Assembly: GCA_015060385.1 (NCBI GenBank)
Contig: SUYO01000005.1
Location: 55,244-119,243 of the forward strand
Direction of reading: 5' to 3'
Length of the DNA stretch: 64,000 bases
From: Bacteroidales bacterium
GTDB lineage: Bacteria > Bacteroidota > Bacteroidia > Bacteroidales > UBA932
Positions 51,089 through 60,240 of the stretch are shown piece by piece (the stretch's first letter is position 1; each line of letters opens with the position of its first letter). The notes beneath the pieces are model-generated. The model did no database searches and was not told the origin of the DNA. It worked only from the letters and a program-made list of their open reading frames with translations. Position numbers and translations under genes: made by a program.

Positions 51089-51553
51089 ATGGGACTTATC
51101 ATCACACTTATACTGCTGGGTCTGGTATTGATTTTTGCAGAGATCCTCATCATTCCAGGAGTGGGCATAGCCGGTATTCTCGGACTTCTTTCATTAGGAG
51201 GTTCATGCTATTACGCCTTTGCCCAGATGAGCACTCTTGCAGGAGTCATCGTAACATCGGTGAACGCGGTCCTGCTGGTTGCCCTTACCATATGGGTTCT
51301 CAGGGCAAAGACATGGAAGAAACTTACCTTGAACACGAGCATAGAATCAAAGGCAGTGGAATCTTCATCGGTAATGGTAGGTGACAAGGGAAAGACCATT
51401 ACCAGACTTGCTCCTATGGGAACCGCTCGTTTCGGAGAGAATGTAGTCGAGGTGAAGGCCCTTGAGGGCATGATAGATGCCGGTGTCGACGTGCAGGTCA
51501 TCCTGATTGAAGACAACAGGATATTCGTCGAGACCGTCGGAGTGGAATTCTAA
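51089..51553 (+). CDS. NfeD-family membrane protein
   Basis: [13 protein letters not shown] and G..ITRLAPMG motifs; directly upstream of floA. Confidence 0.88.
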   Translation: MGLIITLILLGLVLIFAEILIIPGVGIAGILGLLSLGGSCYYAFAQMSTLAGVIVTSVNAVLLVALTIWVLRAKTWKKLTLNTSIESKAVESSSVMVGDKGKTITRLAPMGTARFGENVVEVKALEGMIDAGVDVQVILIEDNRIFVETVGVEF

Positions 51554-51567
51554 TCAGATTTAATATT

Positions 51568-52521
51568 ATGGATGCAATGATTTTCGTATGGATCGCGGTC
51601 GCTGTAGTCGGACTGGTGATCTTCCTCTGGTTCTTCCCTGTGACCCTGTGGTTCCAGGCATTGATTTCCGGAGTCCGCATTTCCCTTATCCAACTTGTCC
51701 TGATGCGTTGGAGAGGAGTTTCTCCAAACACCATCGTGATGGCAATGGTGACAGGAACAAAGGCTGGCCTTACCCTTTATGCAAATGAGCTTGAGGCCCA
51801 TTACCTTGCAAAGGGAAATGTCCCTAAGGTGGTGAATGCACTTATTTCTGCAGATAAGGCCAATATCTCTCTCGATTTCAAGATGGCGGCTGCAATCGAC
51901 CTTGCAGGTCGTGACGTATTCGAGGCAGTGCAGATGTCCGTAAATCCTAAGGTAATCAACACTCCTCCTGTGACAGCTGTTGCCAAGGATGGTATCCAGC
52001 TTATCGCCAAGGCTCGTGTTACCGTACGTGCAAACATCAAGCAGCTCGTCGGTGGAGCAGGTGAAGAGACTGTTCTTGCACGAGTAGGAGAAGGTATCGT
52101 ATCATCTATCGGTTCTGCAGAAAGCCACAAGCTCGTGCTCGAGAATCCTGACAGCATTTCCAAGGTGGTTCTCAACAAGGGTCTTGATGCAGGAACCGCT
52201 TTCGAGATCCTGTCAATCGATATCGCAGACATCGATATAGGAAAGAACATCGGTGCAGTCCTCCAGATGGATCAGGCAGAGGCTGACAAGAACATCGCTC
52301 AGGCCCGTGCAGAGGAGCGCCGTGCAATGGCAGTTGCTCTCGAGCAGGAGATGAAGGCCAAGGCTCAGGAGGCACGCGCACGCGTGATCGAGGCTGAGGC
52401 AGAGGTTCCTCTCGCAATGGCGGAGGCTTTCCGTAACGGAAACCTCGGCATAATGGACTACTACAAGATGAAGAACATCCAGGCTGATACCGAGATGCGC
52501 GAAAACATCGCTAAGCAGTAA
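51568..52521 (+). CDS. floA: Flotillin-like protein FloA (UPF0365)
   Basis: [33 protein letters not shown] and [13 protein letters not shown] motifs. Confidence 0.92.
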   Translation: MDAMIFVWIAVAVVGLVIFLWFFPVTLWFQALISGVRISLIQLVLMRWRGVSPNTIVMAMVTGTKAGLTLYANELEAHYLAKGNVPKVVNALISADKANISLDFKMAAAIDLAGRDVFEAVQMSVNPKVINTPPVTAVAKDGIQLIAKARVTVRANIKQLVGGAGEETVLARVGEGIVSSIGSAESHKLVLENPDSISKVVLNKGLDAGTAFEILSIDIADIDIGKNIGAVLQMDQAEADKNIAQARAEERRAMAVALEQEMKAKAQEARARVIEAEAEVPLAMAEAFRNGNLGIMDYYKMKNIQADTEMRENIAKQ

Positions 52522-52574
52522 TCAGTTGCTGGCAAGCAGGTAAGTTGGCTGATTTATATTGGATCGTTAACACT

Positions 52575-52632
52575 TACTATGTTGATTATCAATAAACAAG
52601 TAATTCAGGGTCGGTAATTTTACCGACCCTGA
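52575..52632. repeat. Degenerate 25-bp core plus GGGTCGG palindrome (copy 1)
   Basis: TACTATGTTGATTATCAATAAACAA followed by TCAGGGTCGGTAATTTTACCGACCCTGA (52605-52632). Confidence 0.65.
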
Positions 52633-52744
52633 TGTGTGTAAAATGCTCATTTAAAGTGGTTTAGGTGAATAAGCGTCTACAACGACTAAATAGTTATAGT
52701 TCATCATTTTCCAGTTTTATTTGGTGATTCATCAAATTTATTTA

Positions 52745-52752
52745 TATCTTTG
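52745..52752 (+). promoter_or_regulatory. -7 promoter element (TATCTTTG) of tRNA-Ser
   Basis: TAnnTTTG match 30 nt upstream of the tRNA. Confidence 0.65.
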
Positions 52753-52782
52753 CAGTCCCGTAAGAGAAAACGGGTCAGTTTT

Positions 52783-52869
52783 GGTGAGATGGGTGAGTGG
52801 CTGAAACCACCAGTTTGCTAAACTGACGTACGGGTAACCGTACCGGGGGTTCGAATCCCCCTCTCACCG
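52783..52869 (+). tRNA. tRNA-Ser(GCT), CCA not encoded
   Basis: Acceptor stem GGTGAGA/TCTCACC, anticodon loop TT-GCT-AA, long variable arm GTACGG-GTAA-CCGTAC, T arm GGGGG-TTCGAAT-CCCCC, discriminator G. Confidence 0.97.
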
Positions 52870-53276
52870 CAGAAAAGGAAGTCGCAAGGCTTCCTTTTCT
52901 GTGTTATGGGGGATGAGTACCCAAGGGGGTTCGTAATCGACGAAGTCGCTTGAGCGCAGCGAAAGAATCCCCCTCTCACCGCAGAAAAAGGAAGTCGCAA
53001 GGCTTCCTTTTTCTGTTATGGGGGATGAGTACCCAAGGGGGTTCGTAATCGACGAAGTCGCTTGAGCGCAGCGAAAGAATCCCCCTCTCACCGCAGAAAA
53101 AGGAAGTCGCAAGGCTTCCTTTTTCTGTTATGGGGGATGAGTACCCAAGGGGGTTCGTAATCGACGAAGTCGCTTGAGCGCAGCGAAAGAATCCCCCTCT
53201 CACCGCAGAAAAAGGAAGTCGCAAGGCTTCCTTTTCTGTGTTATGGGGATGAGTACCCAAGGGGGTTCGTAATCGA
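52853..53276 (+). repeat. Tandem array of ~3.8 x 112-bp tRNA-linked repeats
   Basis: Units start with GAATCCCCCTCTCACCGCAG at 52853, 52965, 53077 and 53189. Each carries an AAAAGGAAGTC-GCAA-GGCTTCCTTTT hairpin. Confidence 0.95.
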
Positions 53277-53511
53277 ATTTCCATTATCATCCGGGAATAT
53301 GCCAGTTTTTCCGGATAGGTTAGCTAAATTATGGGTTTTGTCCGTGAAATCCGCCATTTACCCGGACAAAGTAGATGTTTCCGATATTTTGCCCGTTGAT
53401 TCCTGGTTTTCCCTTTGAGGTCAGTCGCGAGAGCGTGCTCAAGTGCTTAACTATGGGAAATTTGATTAACTTTGTCATCGGTTGAATTAAAGAAAGACAT
53501 TGATGGGAGTT

Positions 53512-54687
53512 ATGATGGATAAGCTTGCAGGATGGCTTCAGCATTTGGGAATGTCAGAGGACATGACGACCCTGCTGCTCCGCCTAGGGGCGATACTTGC
53601 CATACTTGTTGTGGCTTTTGTTATCGACAGGATATGCAGGAAGCTGATCATTCCGGTCGTCCGCAGAATCACGGCAAAGACAGAGTTCAGGTGGGATGAC
53701 TATCTGTTGGGCAATGATGTATTGAACGACCTGTGCAGACTGCTTGCACCGGTGGTCGTGTATGTGCTTCTGCCGGCAATTCTGCCAGAAGACGCCTTTA
53801 TGATCTTTATGATGAAGGTCTGCCGGATCTACATCATCATAGTCTGTATGAAGCTCATATGTACCATAATATCATCGCTTTATGCAATGTCCGGTGAGCA
53901 TGAGAAACTGAAGGACCATTCCTTGAAAGGCTTCTATCAGATGCTCAAGCTTGTGGTAATCTGCGTCGGCTCCATCATTATCATCAGCATGCTGATCGAC
54001 AGGAATCCCGGAGCTATCCTTACAGGACTTGGAGCAGGAACCGCCGTCCTGATGCTTGTCTTCCAGGATACCATAAAGGGCTTTGTCGCCGGCATACAGC
54101 TGATTGCAAACGACATGCTCCGTCCGGGAGACTGGATCACGATGCAGAAATACGGTGCTGACGGCCTCGTGCTTGAAGTAACGCTGACCACCGTCAAGGT
54201 ACAGAACTGGGACAAGACCATCATCACCGTACCTCCATATGCACTGGTTAACGATTCGTTCCAGAACTGGAGGGGAATGTTCGACAACGGGGGAAGGCGT
54301 GTAAAGAGATCCGTCAACATAGATATGAATACGGTCCGTTTCTGCACATCTGAAGAGATGGACCGTTTCAGGCAGCAGCCGTGGATGGAAGGGTTCGAAG
54401 AAACCGGCAGGGAAGAGGTGAACCTCTACATTTTCCGCCATTATGTCGAATACTATCTCAGGCATAATCCGAAGGTGAATTCTGACATGATACTTGCTGT
54501 ACGCCAGCTTCAGCCTACTGCCCAGGGCATGCCGATCGAGCTTTATTTCTTCTCTGCAGATACGGTATGGCTGAAATACGAGCATCTCCAGGCTGAGGTC
54601 TTCGACCACATCCTTGCGATGCTCCACACCTTCGGACTCAAGGTCTTCCAGAGTCCTTCCGGAACAGACCTTCACCTCCGCTCATAA
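53512..54687 (+). CDS. Mechanosensitive ion channel (MscS/YbdG-like)
   Basis: LVFQDTIKGFVAGIQL, GDWI, TTVKVQNWDKTI and NWRGM..GGRRVKRS motifs. Confidence 0.92.
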   Translation: MMDKLAGWLQHLGMSEDMTTLLLRLGAILAILVVAFVIDRICRKLIIPVVRRITAKTEFRWDDYLLGNDVLNDLCRLLAPVVVYVLLPAILPEDAFMIFMMKVCRIYIIIVCMKLICTIISSLYAMSGEHEKLKDHSLKGFYQMLKLVVICVGSIIIISMLIDRNPGAILTGLGAGTAVLMLVFQDTIKGFVAGIQLIANDMLRPGDWITMQKYGADGLVLEVTLTTVKVQNWDKTIITVPPYALVNDSFQNWRGMFDNGGRRVKRSVNIDMNTVRFCTSEEMDRFRQQPWMEGFEETGREEVNLYIFRHYVEYYLRHNPKVNSDMILAVRQLQPTAQGMPIELYFFSADTVWLKYEHLQAEVFDHILAMLHTFGLKVFQSPSGTDLHLRS

Positions 54688-54696
54688 AAGACAGAA

Positions 54697-55794
54697 ATGA
54701 TGAAGATAGCTTTCATGATTCTTCCGTTGATCTACCTTGCAGGTAACGGATACCTTTTCATAAGGACATGGCAGGCCATGAACTGTCTCCCTGTATGGGT
54801 CAAGGTGGTTGTAGGCATCCTGTTCTGGACTGTGGCCTTTGCGCTGTTCGCATCTGTCGGTCTTCGTGATGCCAGGCTGCCGGAGGCCTTTCTCAGATGG
54901 ATGTTCCGCCTGGGTTCGATCTGGATGGTATACCTGCTGTATATGGTGATGCTGCTTGCGGTTTTCGATGTGGCGGGAATCTTTGTTCCGGCATTGAAGC
55001 CGTCGCTGCTGTACGCCCTTCCTCTTACTCTCTGCATCCTTGCATACGGATACATCAACTACAGGAATCCCAAGGTAGAACATCTCGACATCAACCTTGA
55101 AAAGGAGTATGACTGCTCTCCGCTACGCATAGTAGCCGTCAGCGATGTCCACCTGGGTTATGGTACAGGTCTTTCGTCATTGAAGAAATACGTCGAGCTG
55201 ATCAATTCTCAGAATCCGGATCTGATACTGATTGCAGGAGACCTGATAGACAACAGCGTAAAGCCTCTTCTTCAGGAGCCTTTTGCAGAGGCCCTTTCAA
55301 CCTTGAAGGCCCCGATGGGAATCTACATGGTACCGGGAAATCACGAGTATATAAGCGGCATCGAGGCCAGCGCGGATTTCCTGAAAGATACCCCTGTAAA
55401 GCTGCTGCGTGACAGCATCGTGACCCTGCCCGGGGGAATGCAGATTGCGGGACGGGATGACCGCAGCAACCGCTCACGCAAGTCTCTGGAGGAACTGATG
55501 GAGATGACGGACAGGAACCATCCTGTAATAGTGCTTGACCATCAGCCATATGAACTGAGCAAGTCGGATTCTCTGGGTGTGGACCTGCAGATAAGCGGCC
55601 ATACCCATCGTGGACAGATATGGCCGCTTACCAAGATCACAGATCTTCTTTTCGAGCAGAGTCACGGATACCGCAAATGGTCTCATTCCCATATATGGGT
55701 GTCATGCGGTCTGTCTCTCTGGGGACCTCCGTTCCGTATCGGCACGGACTCTGACATTGCCGTCATCGACCTGAATTCTTCTCCTCTTCAATAG
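54697..55794 (+). CDS. Membrane-anchored metallophosphoesterase
   Basis: SDVHLG, AGDLID, GNHEY, DHQP and SGHTHRGQ motifs. Confidence 0.92.
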   Translation: MMKIAFMILPLIYLAGNGYLFIRTWQAMNCLPVWVKVVVGILFWTVAFALFASVGLRDARLPEAFLRWMFRLGSIWMVYLLYMVMLLAVFDVAGIFVPALKPSLLYALPLTLCILAYGYINYRNPKVEHLDINLEKEYDCSPLRIVAVSDVHLGYGTGLSSLKKYVELINSQNPDLILIAGDLIDNSVKPLLQEPFAEALSTLKAPMGIYMVPGNHEYISGIEASADFLKDTPVKLLRDSIVTLPGGMQIAGRDDRSNRSRKSLEELMEMTDRNHPVIVLDHQPYELSKSDSLGVDLQISGHTHRGQIWPLTKITDLLFEQSHGYRKWSHSHIWVSCGLSLWGPPFRIGTDSDIAVIDLNSSPLQ

Positions 55795-56137
55795 TCGGAG
55801 CGGAATCCTTGTACCTGAAGCAGAGGATATTCTCCATCCGTGCATCGCGTAACCTATCAGCGGGGAAGTTTCCGTAAGTCCATATCCGATAGCATACGTT
55901 AACTTCGCATTCAGAAGAAGCGACGACTGTTCTCTGATAAGGTTCTATGATGGATACATGAAACTTTGTTTCGTAATAGCTCCTGAGGCTGTCCTGTACA
56001 TCAAGCCGGAAGAAATTACTCCCGGAAAGATCGTTCATAGGAATGATGCCGGTCAGATAGTCGCGAAACTGAATCAGGAAGGATTGTCTGAATCTGTTGT
56101 CGCTGGCCTTGCTTTCAGCAGATGGAAAGCTTGCACC
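55763..56137 (-). pseudogene. Possible 5'-truncated gene fragment
   Basis: The 91-aa ORF frame stays open upstream of its ATG (…GASFPSAESKASDNRFRQSFLIQFRDYLTGIIPMNDL…) and runs into the palindromic element with no convincing start. Confidence 0.3.
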
Positions 56138-56227
56138 TAAAGTACTGATGTACAGTAATTTAATAACATTAGGGTCGGAAAATTTTCCGACCCTAAAACT
56201 TATAACGCCCTGTGCTGTAATGATTTA
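56138..56227. repeat. 25-bp core - GGGTCGG palindrome (copy 2) - 25-bp core
   Basis: TAAAGTACTGATGTACAGTAATTTA (56138-56162), perfect palindrome TTAGGGTCGGAAAATTTTCCGACCCTAA (56169-56196), TAACGCCCTGTGCTGTAATGATTTA (56203-56227). Confidence 0.7.
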
Positions 56228-56258
56228 AGTACAACTCCCCGTTCCGGAGAGATTTATA

Positions 56259-56600
56259 TCAGTTGCCCTTCGCCTCGTCAATCCTCTTCTGAGCGGCTTC
56301 CTGGCGTGCCTTTGCCTCAGCCATCTGCTTCTGGTACTCCTGCTCCTGAACCATCTTGCGTACCTCCGGATTCCTCTTTGCCTTCTGCTCCTGGTAGAAG
56401 GCCTTGGTCTCCATCTTCTGAGCCTTGAAGTTGGCCTTGTCTATCTCCCTCTGTCTCTTTGCGCTCTCCTTCATATCGCGGAAGGCCTGCTTGAAGAAGC
56501 ACGGCTTCTCTGTTTCCTTTGTCTGCTCCTGAGCTGATGCTCCTGTCGTGATGCCTGCCAAGAGTGCGGCGATTCCCACAAATTTCATGAACTTCTTCAT
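56259..56600 (-). CDS. Hypothetical secreted, basic coiled-coil protein
   Basis: Signal peptide ending ASA-Q, K/Q/E/A-rich helix, host-like codon usage. Confidence 0.7.
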   Translation of the reverse strand: MKKFMKFVGIAALLAGITTGASAQEQTKETEKPCFFKQAFRDMKESAKRQREIDKANFKAQKMETKAFYQEQKAKRNPEVRKMVQEQEYQKQMAEAKARQEAAQKRIDEAKGN

Positions 56601-56604
56601 ATCC

Positions 56605-57174
56605 TTAGAATGTATAAGCGATTCCTAACTTCACCTTATGCATATGCGTTCCTTCAAGATGGCGCCAGATACCCAGCTGATATTCATATCCAACCTTGAG
56701 AGAGAATCTTGCGATGTCGAGACCGACTGCAGGGTTGAAGAAGGTCCTTGTGCCGATATTCGTGATGTCTGCCACAATACCGCCCTTCATGCTGACGAAA
56801 GGGGTTGCAAGGGTCTTCATGAATGAATACTTGACGTCTGCAAATACAGGAACCAGATATCCTGCCTTCCAGTTTGACTCTGGGGTATATGAATATTCAG
56901 GATCGACATCATTGTCAGATAATCCGGCAACTGCCAGGGTGTTTTTTGTCAGTTCTGCTCCGAATCCTACACCACCACCGACATAAAGTCCGTTTCCGAA
57001 GCTGAATCCCTGTGATGTGCTGATGCCCCAGATGCTGGATTTGGTCCATGAGAGTTCGACATCCGCACGGTATCCTCTTTCATATCCCACATTCACCATG
57101 TAAGGTGACTTCTGCGCGAAAAGCGCTGCGCCTGAAAATGCGATGGCGCAAAGAACGGTTAAAAATCTTTTCAT
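56605..57174 (-). CDS. Small outer-membrane beta-barrel protein
   Basis: Signal peptide, LYVGGGVG, VPVFADVKY and PFVS motifs, terminal AYTF. Confidence 0.75.
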   Translation of the reverse strand: MKRFLTVLCAIAFSGAALFAQKSPYMVNVGYERGYRADVELSWTKSSIWGISTSQGFSFGNGLYVGGGVGFGAELTKNTLAVAGLSDNDVDPEYSYTPESNWKAGYLVPVFADVKYSFMKTLATPFVSMKGGIVADITNIGTRTFFNPAVGLDIARFSLKVGYEYQLGIWRHLEGTHMHKVKLGIAYTF

Positions 57175-57203
57175 TTCTTTACTACACTATTATACTGTTT
57201 GAA

Positions 57204-57410
57204 TCATCTGTCTCCTTCTTCAGGAATCTCCATGACTTCTTCTTCCACTTCAAGGAACTTCTCCACGAACTTGTCCTCGATCTTCTGATATGTTCCCGTC
57301 ACTGCATCCTCGATGGCCTGATATCCTTTGACGACTCCGTCTTCAATCTTCTTATAGGCTCCGACTACTTTCTCTTCGACCTTGCCTGTCTTGATTTTCA
57401 TATTGCTCAT
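57204..57410 (-). CDS. Small protein with 11-residue amphipathic repeats
   Basis: KVVGAYKKIED-GVVKGYQAIED-AVTGTYQKIED; TACCTTTG promoter element upstream. Confidence 0.7.
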   Translation of the reverse strand: MSNMKIKTGKVEEKVVGAYKKIEDGVVKGYQAIEDAVTGTYQKIEDKFVEKFLEVEEEVMEIPEEGDR

Positions 57411-57616
57411 GTCTGTCTTTGTTTTGCGATGCAAAGGTATTGTCAGCAAGCCTGTGGGTAAAGGGATGAAATACCTAATAATTGGGCAGTTTTGCCAAAT
57501 TGTAAAATTAATTGGTCAGATTTGCTTGTCATTTGTTACGATTTGCCGAATATTTTTGTAATTTATTGTCTTGATTTGCCGATTTCATATCTTTGTATCG
57601 GATAAAGTAAAGACAG

Positions 57617-58429
57617 ATGGATATCGAACTTTTAGAAAATGAAACAATATTGAAAGGACTGCGTTTCCCCCATAAGGTGGGAAAGGTCACGCAGGTCCTT
57701 ATAGCGGAAGGAGAGATATCCTGTATCGTCGACTTCTTCTCCTATACCTTGAAGGCACCGTCGATGGCAATATTCTTCCCGGGACAGGTAATAGAGTCCA
57801 TCGAGGCAAGCGACAGCTTCAGAGGCTTCGGCATGGTGACCACAGAAGCATTCACGGACTCCCTTAACCTTCCTGTCAGTTTTCAGGAAAGGCTTTCATA
57901 CAAGTCGAACCATTTCTATTCTCTCAATCAGGAGGGACTGCAAGCCTTTGAGAACTGTTATTCGATGGTAAAGAGTGTGATGAGCAGGGAGGACCAGCCC
58001 TATAAGGAGGAAATCATCAGACATCTGTTTTCGGCCTATTACTATGGGCTGGGATATTATGTCCATAACGCTCAGCGCCAGAAGTCGGTCATGACCGGGC
58101 AGCAGGAAATCTGTGAGAAGTTCATATCTCTCGTATCCGAACATTTCAAGACTCAGCGCGAGATCGGATTCTATGCGGACAAGCTCTGCATGACAAACAA
58201 ATACCTGTCTTCCCTGCTGAAGCAGGAGACAGGTATGACGGCTCTGGAGTGGATCGAGAAATATGTGGTCCTGTATGCCAAGGGATGTCTCTCGTCGACT
58301 TCCATGACTGTCCAGGAAATCAGTGATGACCTTGGTTTTCCTTCCCAGTCGGTTTTCGGCAAATATTTCAAGAGGGTGGAAGGTCTCTCGCCTAAAGCGT
58401 ACCGGCAGTCTCTGGATACTCAGGAATGA
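57617..58429 (+). CDS. AraC-family transcriptional regulator
   Basis: FYADKLCMTNKYLS..LKQETG and EISDDLGFPSQSVFGKYFKRVEGLSP motifs. Confidence 0.92.
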   Translation: MDIELLENETILKGLRFPHKVGKVTQVLIAEGEISCIVDFFSYTLKAPSMAIFFPGQVIESIEASDSFRGFGMVTTEAFTDSLNLPVSFQERLSYKSNHFYSLNQEGLQAFENCYSMVKSVMSREDQPYKEEIIRHLFSAYYYGLGYYVHNAQRQKSVMTGQQEICEKFISLVSEHFKTQREIGFYADKLCMTNKYLSSLLKQETGMTALEWIEKYVVLYAKGCLSSTSMTVQEISDDLGFPSQSVFGKYFKRVEGLSPKAYRQSLDTQE

Positions 58430-58796
58430 CTTCGGCAAGGAGGTGGCACGTAGCCTCTTCCTTCAGCCTGCAGTCTTCCCATGAAATCTTCATGTAAGGG
58501 TGGCGGAAAGCCAGGTATTCTTCCATCACAGCCTTGGCAAAGACACTTGCTTCAGATGCGGCAGCCTTGTTTTCATCATAAAGGACAAGGATGTCCTTTT
58601 TATAGTACTGGACATTGACAGGGTTGCGTCTGAATCCGAGAAGCGGACGTGTCTTTTCAGGTTTTCTTCTTACAGGAGGCGGAGTCGCCATGATATTGTC
58701 TGCAAGAAACGGGAATCTTAAGAAGGCACTCTTCAATCCGTTCATCAGACAGATATGGTGGATTTCTTCGGTAGTCTTTATTTCGATTCTTTTCAT
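58392..58796 (-). CDS. Hypothetical protein
   Basis: 134-aa ORF with an ATG and an upstream TATCTTTG promoter element; 3' end overlaps the AraC gene. Confidence 0.5.
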   Translation of the reverse strand: MKRIEIKTTEEIHHICLMNGLKSAFLRFPFLADNIMATPPPVRRKPEKTRPLLGFRRNPVNVQYYKKDILVLYDENKAAASEASVFAKAVMEEYLAFRHPYMKISWEDCRLKEEATCHLLAEVIPEYPETAGTL

Positions 58797-58862
58797 AGGT
58801 ATTTGGTTTTCAGCTGCAAAGATACGCCAAGAAACCGTCTTATATTCTTCAAATCAACTGAA

Positions 58863-59321
58863 TTAGTGGTCAGATTTTCCGAAAGTCCTTTTCTTTCTGA
58901 AGATCAGCTTGCCGTCGATGGCAAAGTTCAGGATACCCGAGAAGCACATGGCAACTATGTTGCACAGAAGCACATCCCAGCCTGTGAACCTTTCTATGAG
59001 AAGCAGGATGCCAAGTCTCAGAAGAAAGACTGCAGTTCCGGAAAGATTGTATGCAAGATACAGCTTGAAGAATCTCTTCAAGGATGCGTCTGGACTGCCC
59101 AAGGTCCTGTCCTTCCATATATAGAAATATGAAAGGGTATAATTCACCGCCACTGCACATTGGAACGATATTGCAGGAGATATGACGTATTCTCCCCAAT
59201 ATCCCCTGGTGAACACGAGGTCAGAAAGAAGCCAGAGCACAAGCATGTCGGCCAGAGTGCCGACGAAGCTTGTGCTCACGAATTTTGCAAACCTTACTGC
59301 CAGTGCCGTGTTCAGCTTCAT
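58863..59321 (-). CDS. GtrA-family membrane protein
   Basis: RFAKF...GTLAD, NYTLSYFYIW and NF...KLIFR motifs; four TM helices. Confidence 0.85.
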   Translation of the reverse strand: MKLNTALAVRFAKFVSTSFVGTLADMLVLWLLSDLVFTRGYWGEYVISPAISFQCAVAVNYTLSYFYIWKDRTLGSPDASLKRFFKLYLAYNLSGTAVFLLRLGILLLIERFTGWDVLLCNIVAMCFSGILNFAIDGKLIFRKKRTFGKSDH

Positions 59322-59322
59322 T

Positions 59323-60138
59323 TCAATGCAGATTATAGACCTTGTTCCTTAAAAATTCCCTGAAATCCCCGATGTCATCGAACTCTCTCTGGGCTTCCGG
59401 GGTGATTGTTTCCCCTATGGCAATTCTTGTTCTTTTTCCTCTCTTATTGAAGACTTCCCCCGGAAGCCTCAGCAGACGTACCCTCCAGTCAATGAGCCCG
59501 AGAGAATAGTAGAAATCCGAATTCCTGTCCAGAAAATGCACAGGAACGATCGGTACGTTAAGTTTCCTGATCAGTCTTATGACCGGTTCCTGCCACTCCC
59601 TGTCCCTGATGCATCTGTCCTTTATGCTCAGGTCCGACACGGCTCCGGAAGGGAAAAGCCCCAGAGGATGGCCGCCTCTTACATGGGCGACGGAATCCTT
59701 GATGCCCTGGATGCTGTCCCTTGTCGGCGCGGTCCTTTCCGCGCCGACAGGGGTGACGCATATGAAATTGTCCGACATGGTCCCGATACGGGAAAGGAAC
59801 CTGTTGACCATGACCTTGAAGTCAGGCCTTATGTGCCCGAAAAGGTCGACCAGCATGACCCCGTCGATACTGCCGTACGGATGGTTGCTGACCGTGATGA
59901 ACGGCCCTTCCGGCAGCTTTTCAAGCCTTTCGCGTCCGATCACCTCGTATTCTACCCCTATGTCCTTCAGGACAGCCCTTGCGAAGTCAGGACCCACGAA
60001 ACCTATGTTCCTGTCGTAAAGGTCGTTCACTTTGTCAACCGCCAGAATTTGCATCAACATTCTGCCGAACGCGTTGCCGGCCGCCCCTCTGAATATCGGG
60101 GCGGCCTTTTCAAGTTCATCTATGCTCAAAAGGGGCAT
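59323..60138 (-). CDS. Lysophospholipid acyltransferase (PlsC superfamily)
   Basis: NHPYGSIDG (HxxxxD), FPSGAVS and VPIVPV motifs. Confidence 0.88.
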   Translation of the reverse strand: MPLLSIDELEKAAPIFRGAAGNAFGRMLMQILAVDKVNDLYDRNIGFVGPDFARAVLKDIGVEYEVIGRERLEKLPEGPFITVSNHPYGSIDGVMLVDLFGHIRPDFKVMVNRFLSRIGTMSDNFICVTPVGAERTAPTRDSIQGIKDSVAHVRGGHPLGLFPSGAVSDLSIKDRCIRDREWQEPVIRLIRKLNVPIVPVHFLDRNSDFYYSLGLIDWRVRLLRLPGEVFNKRGKRTRIAIGETITPEAQREFDDIGDFREFLRNKVYNLH

Positions 60139-60240
60139 GGCTGTATTCTTTATGGATTTTCTTCCATCCGGCATGCAAAAATCTCTCCGTTTAGATGAGA
60201 CTTTTTCTTATATTTGTCCCTTTGAATACAGAAAGAGACA

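Noticed and set aside
52853-53276. CRISPR array interpretation of the tandem repeat
   Set aside because: The units are near-identical along their whole length with no unique spacers, and there are no cas genes.
52818-53290. Three overlapping repetitive minus-strand ORFs
   Set aside because: They are translation artefacts of the 112-bp repeat and the antisense tRNA.
52870-56260. Integrative island at tRNA-Ser
   Set aside because: There is no integrase and no distal copy of the tRNA 3' end beyond the tandem array, and the downstream genes look host-like.
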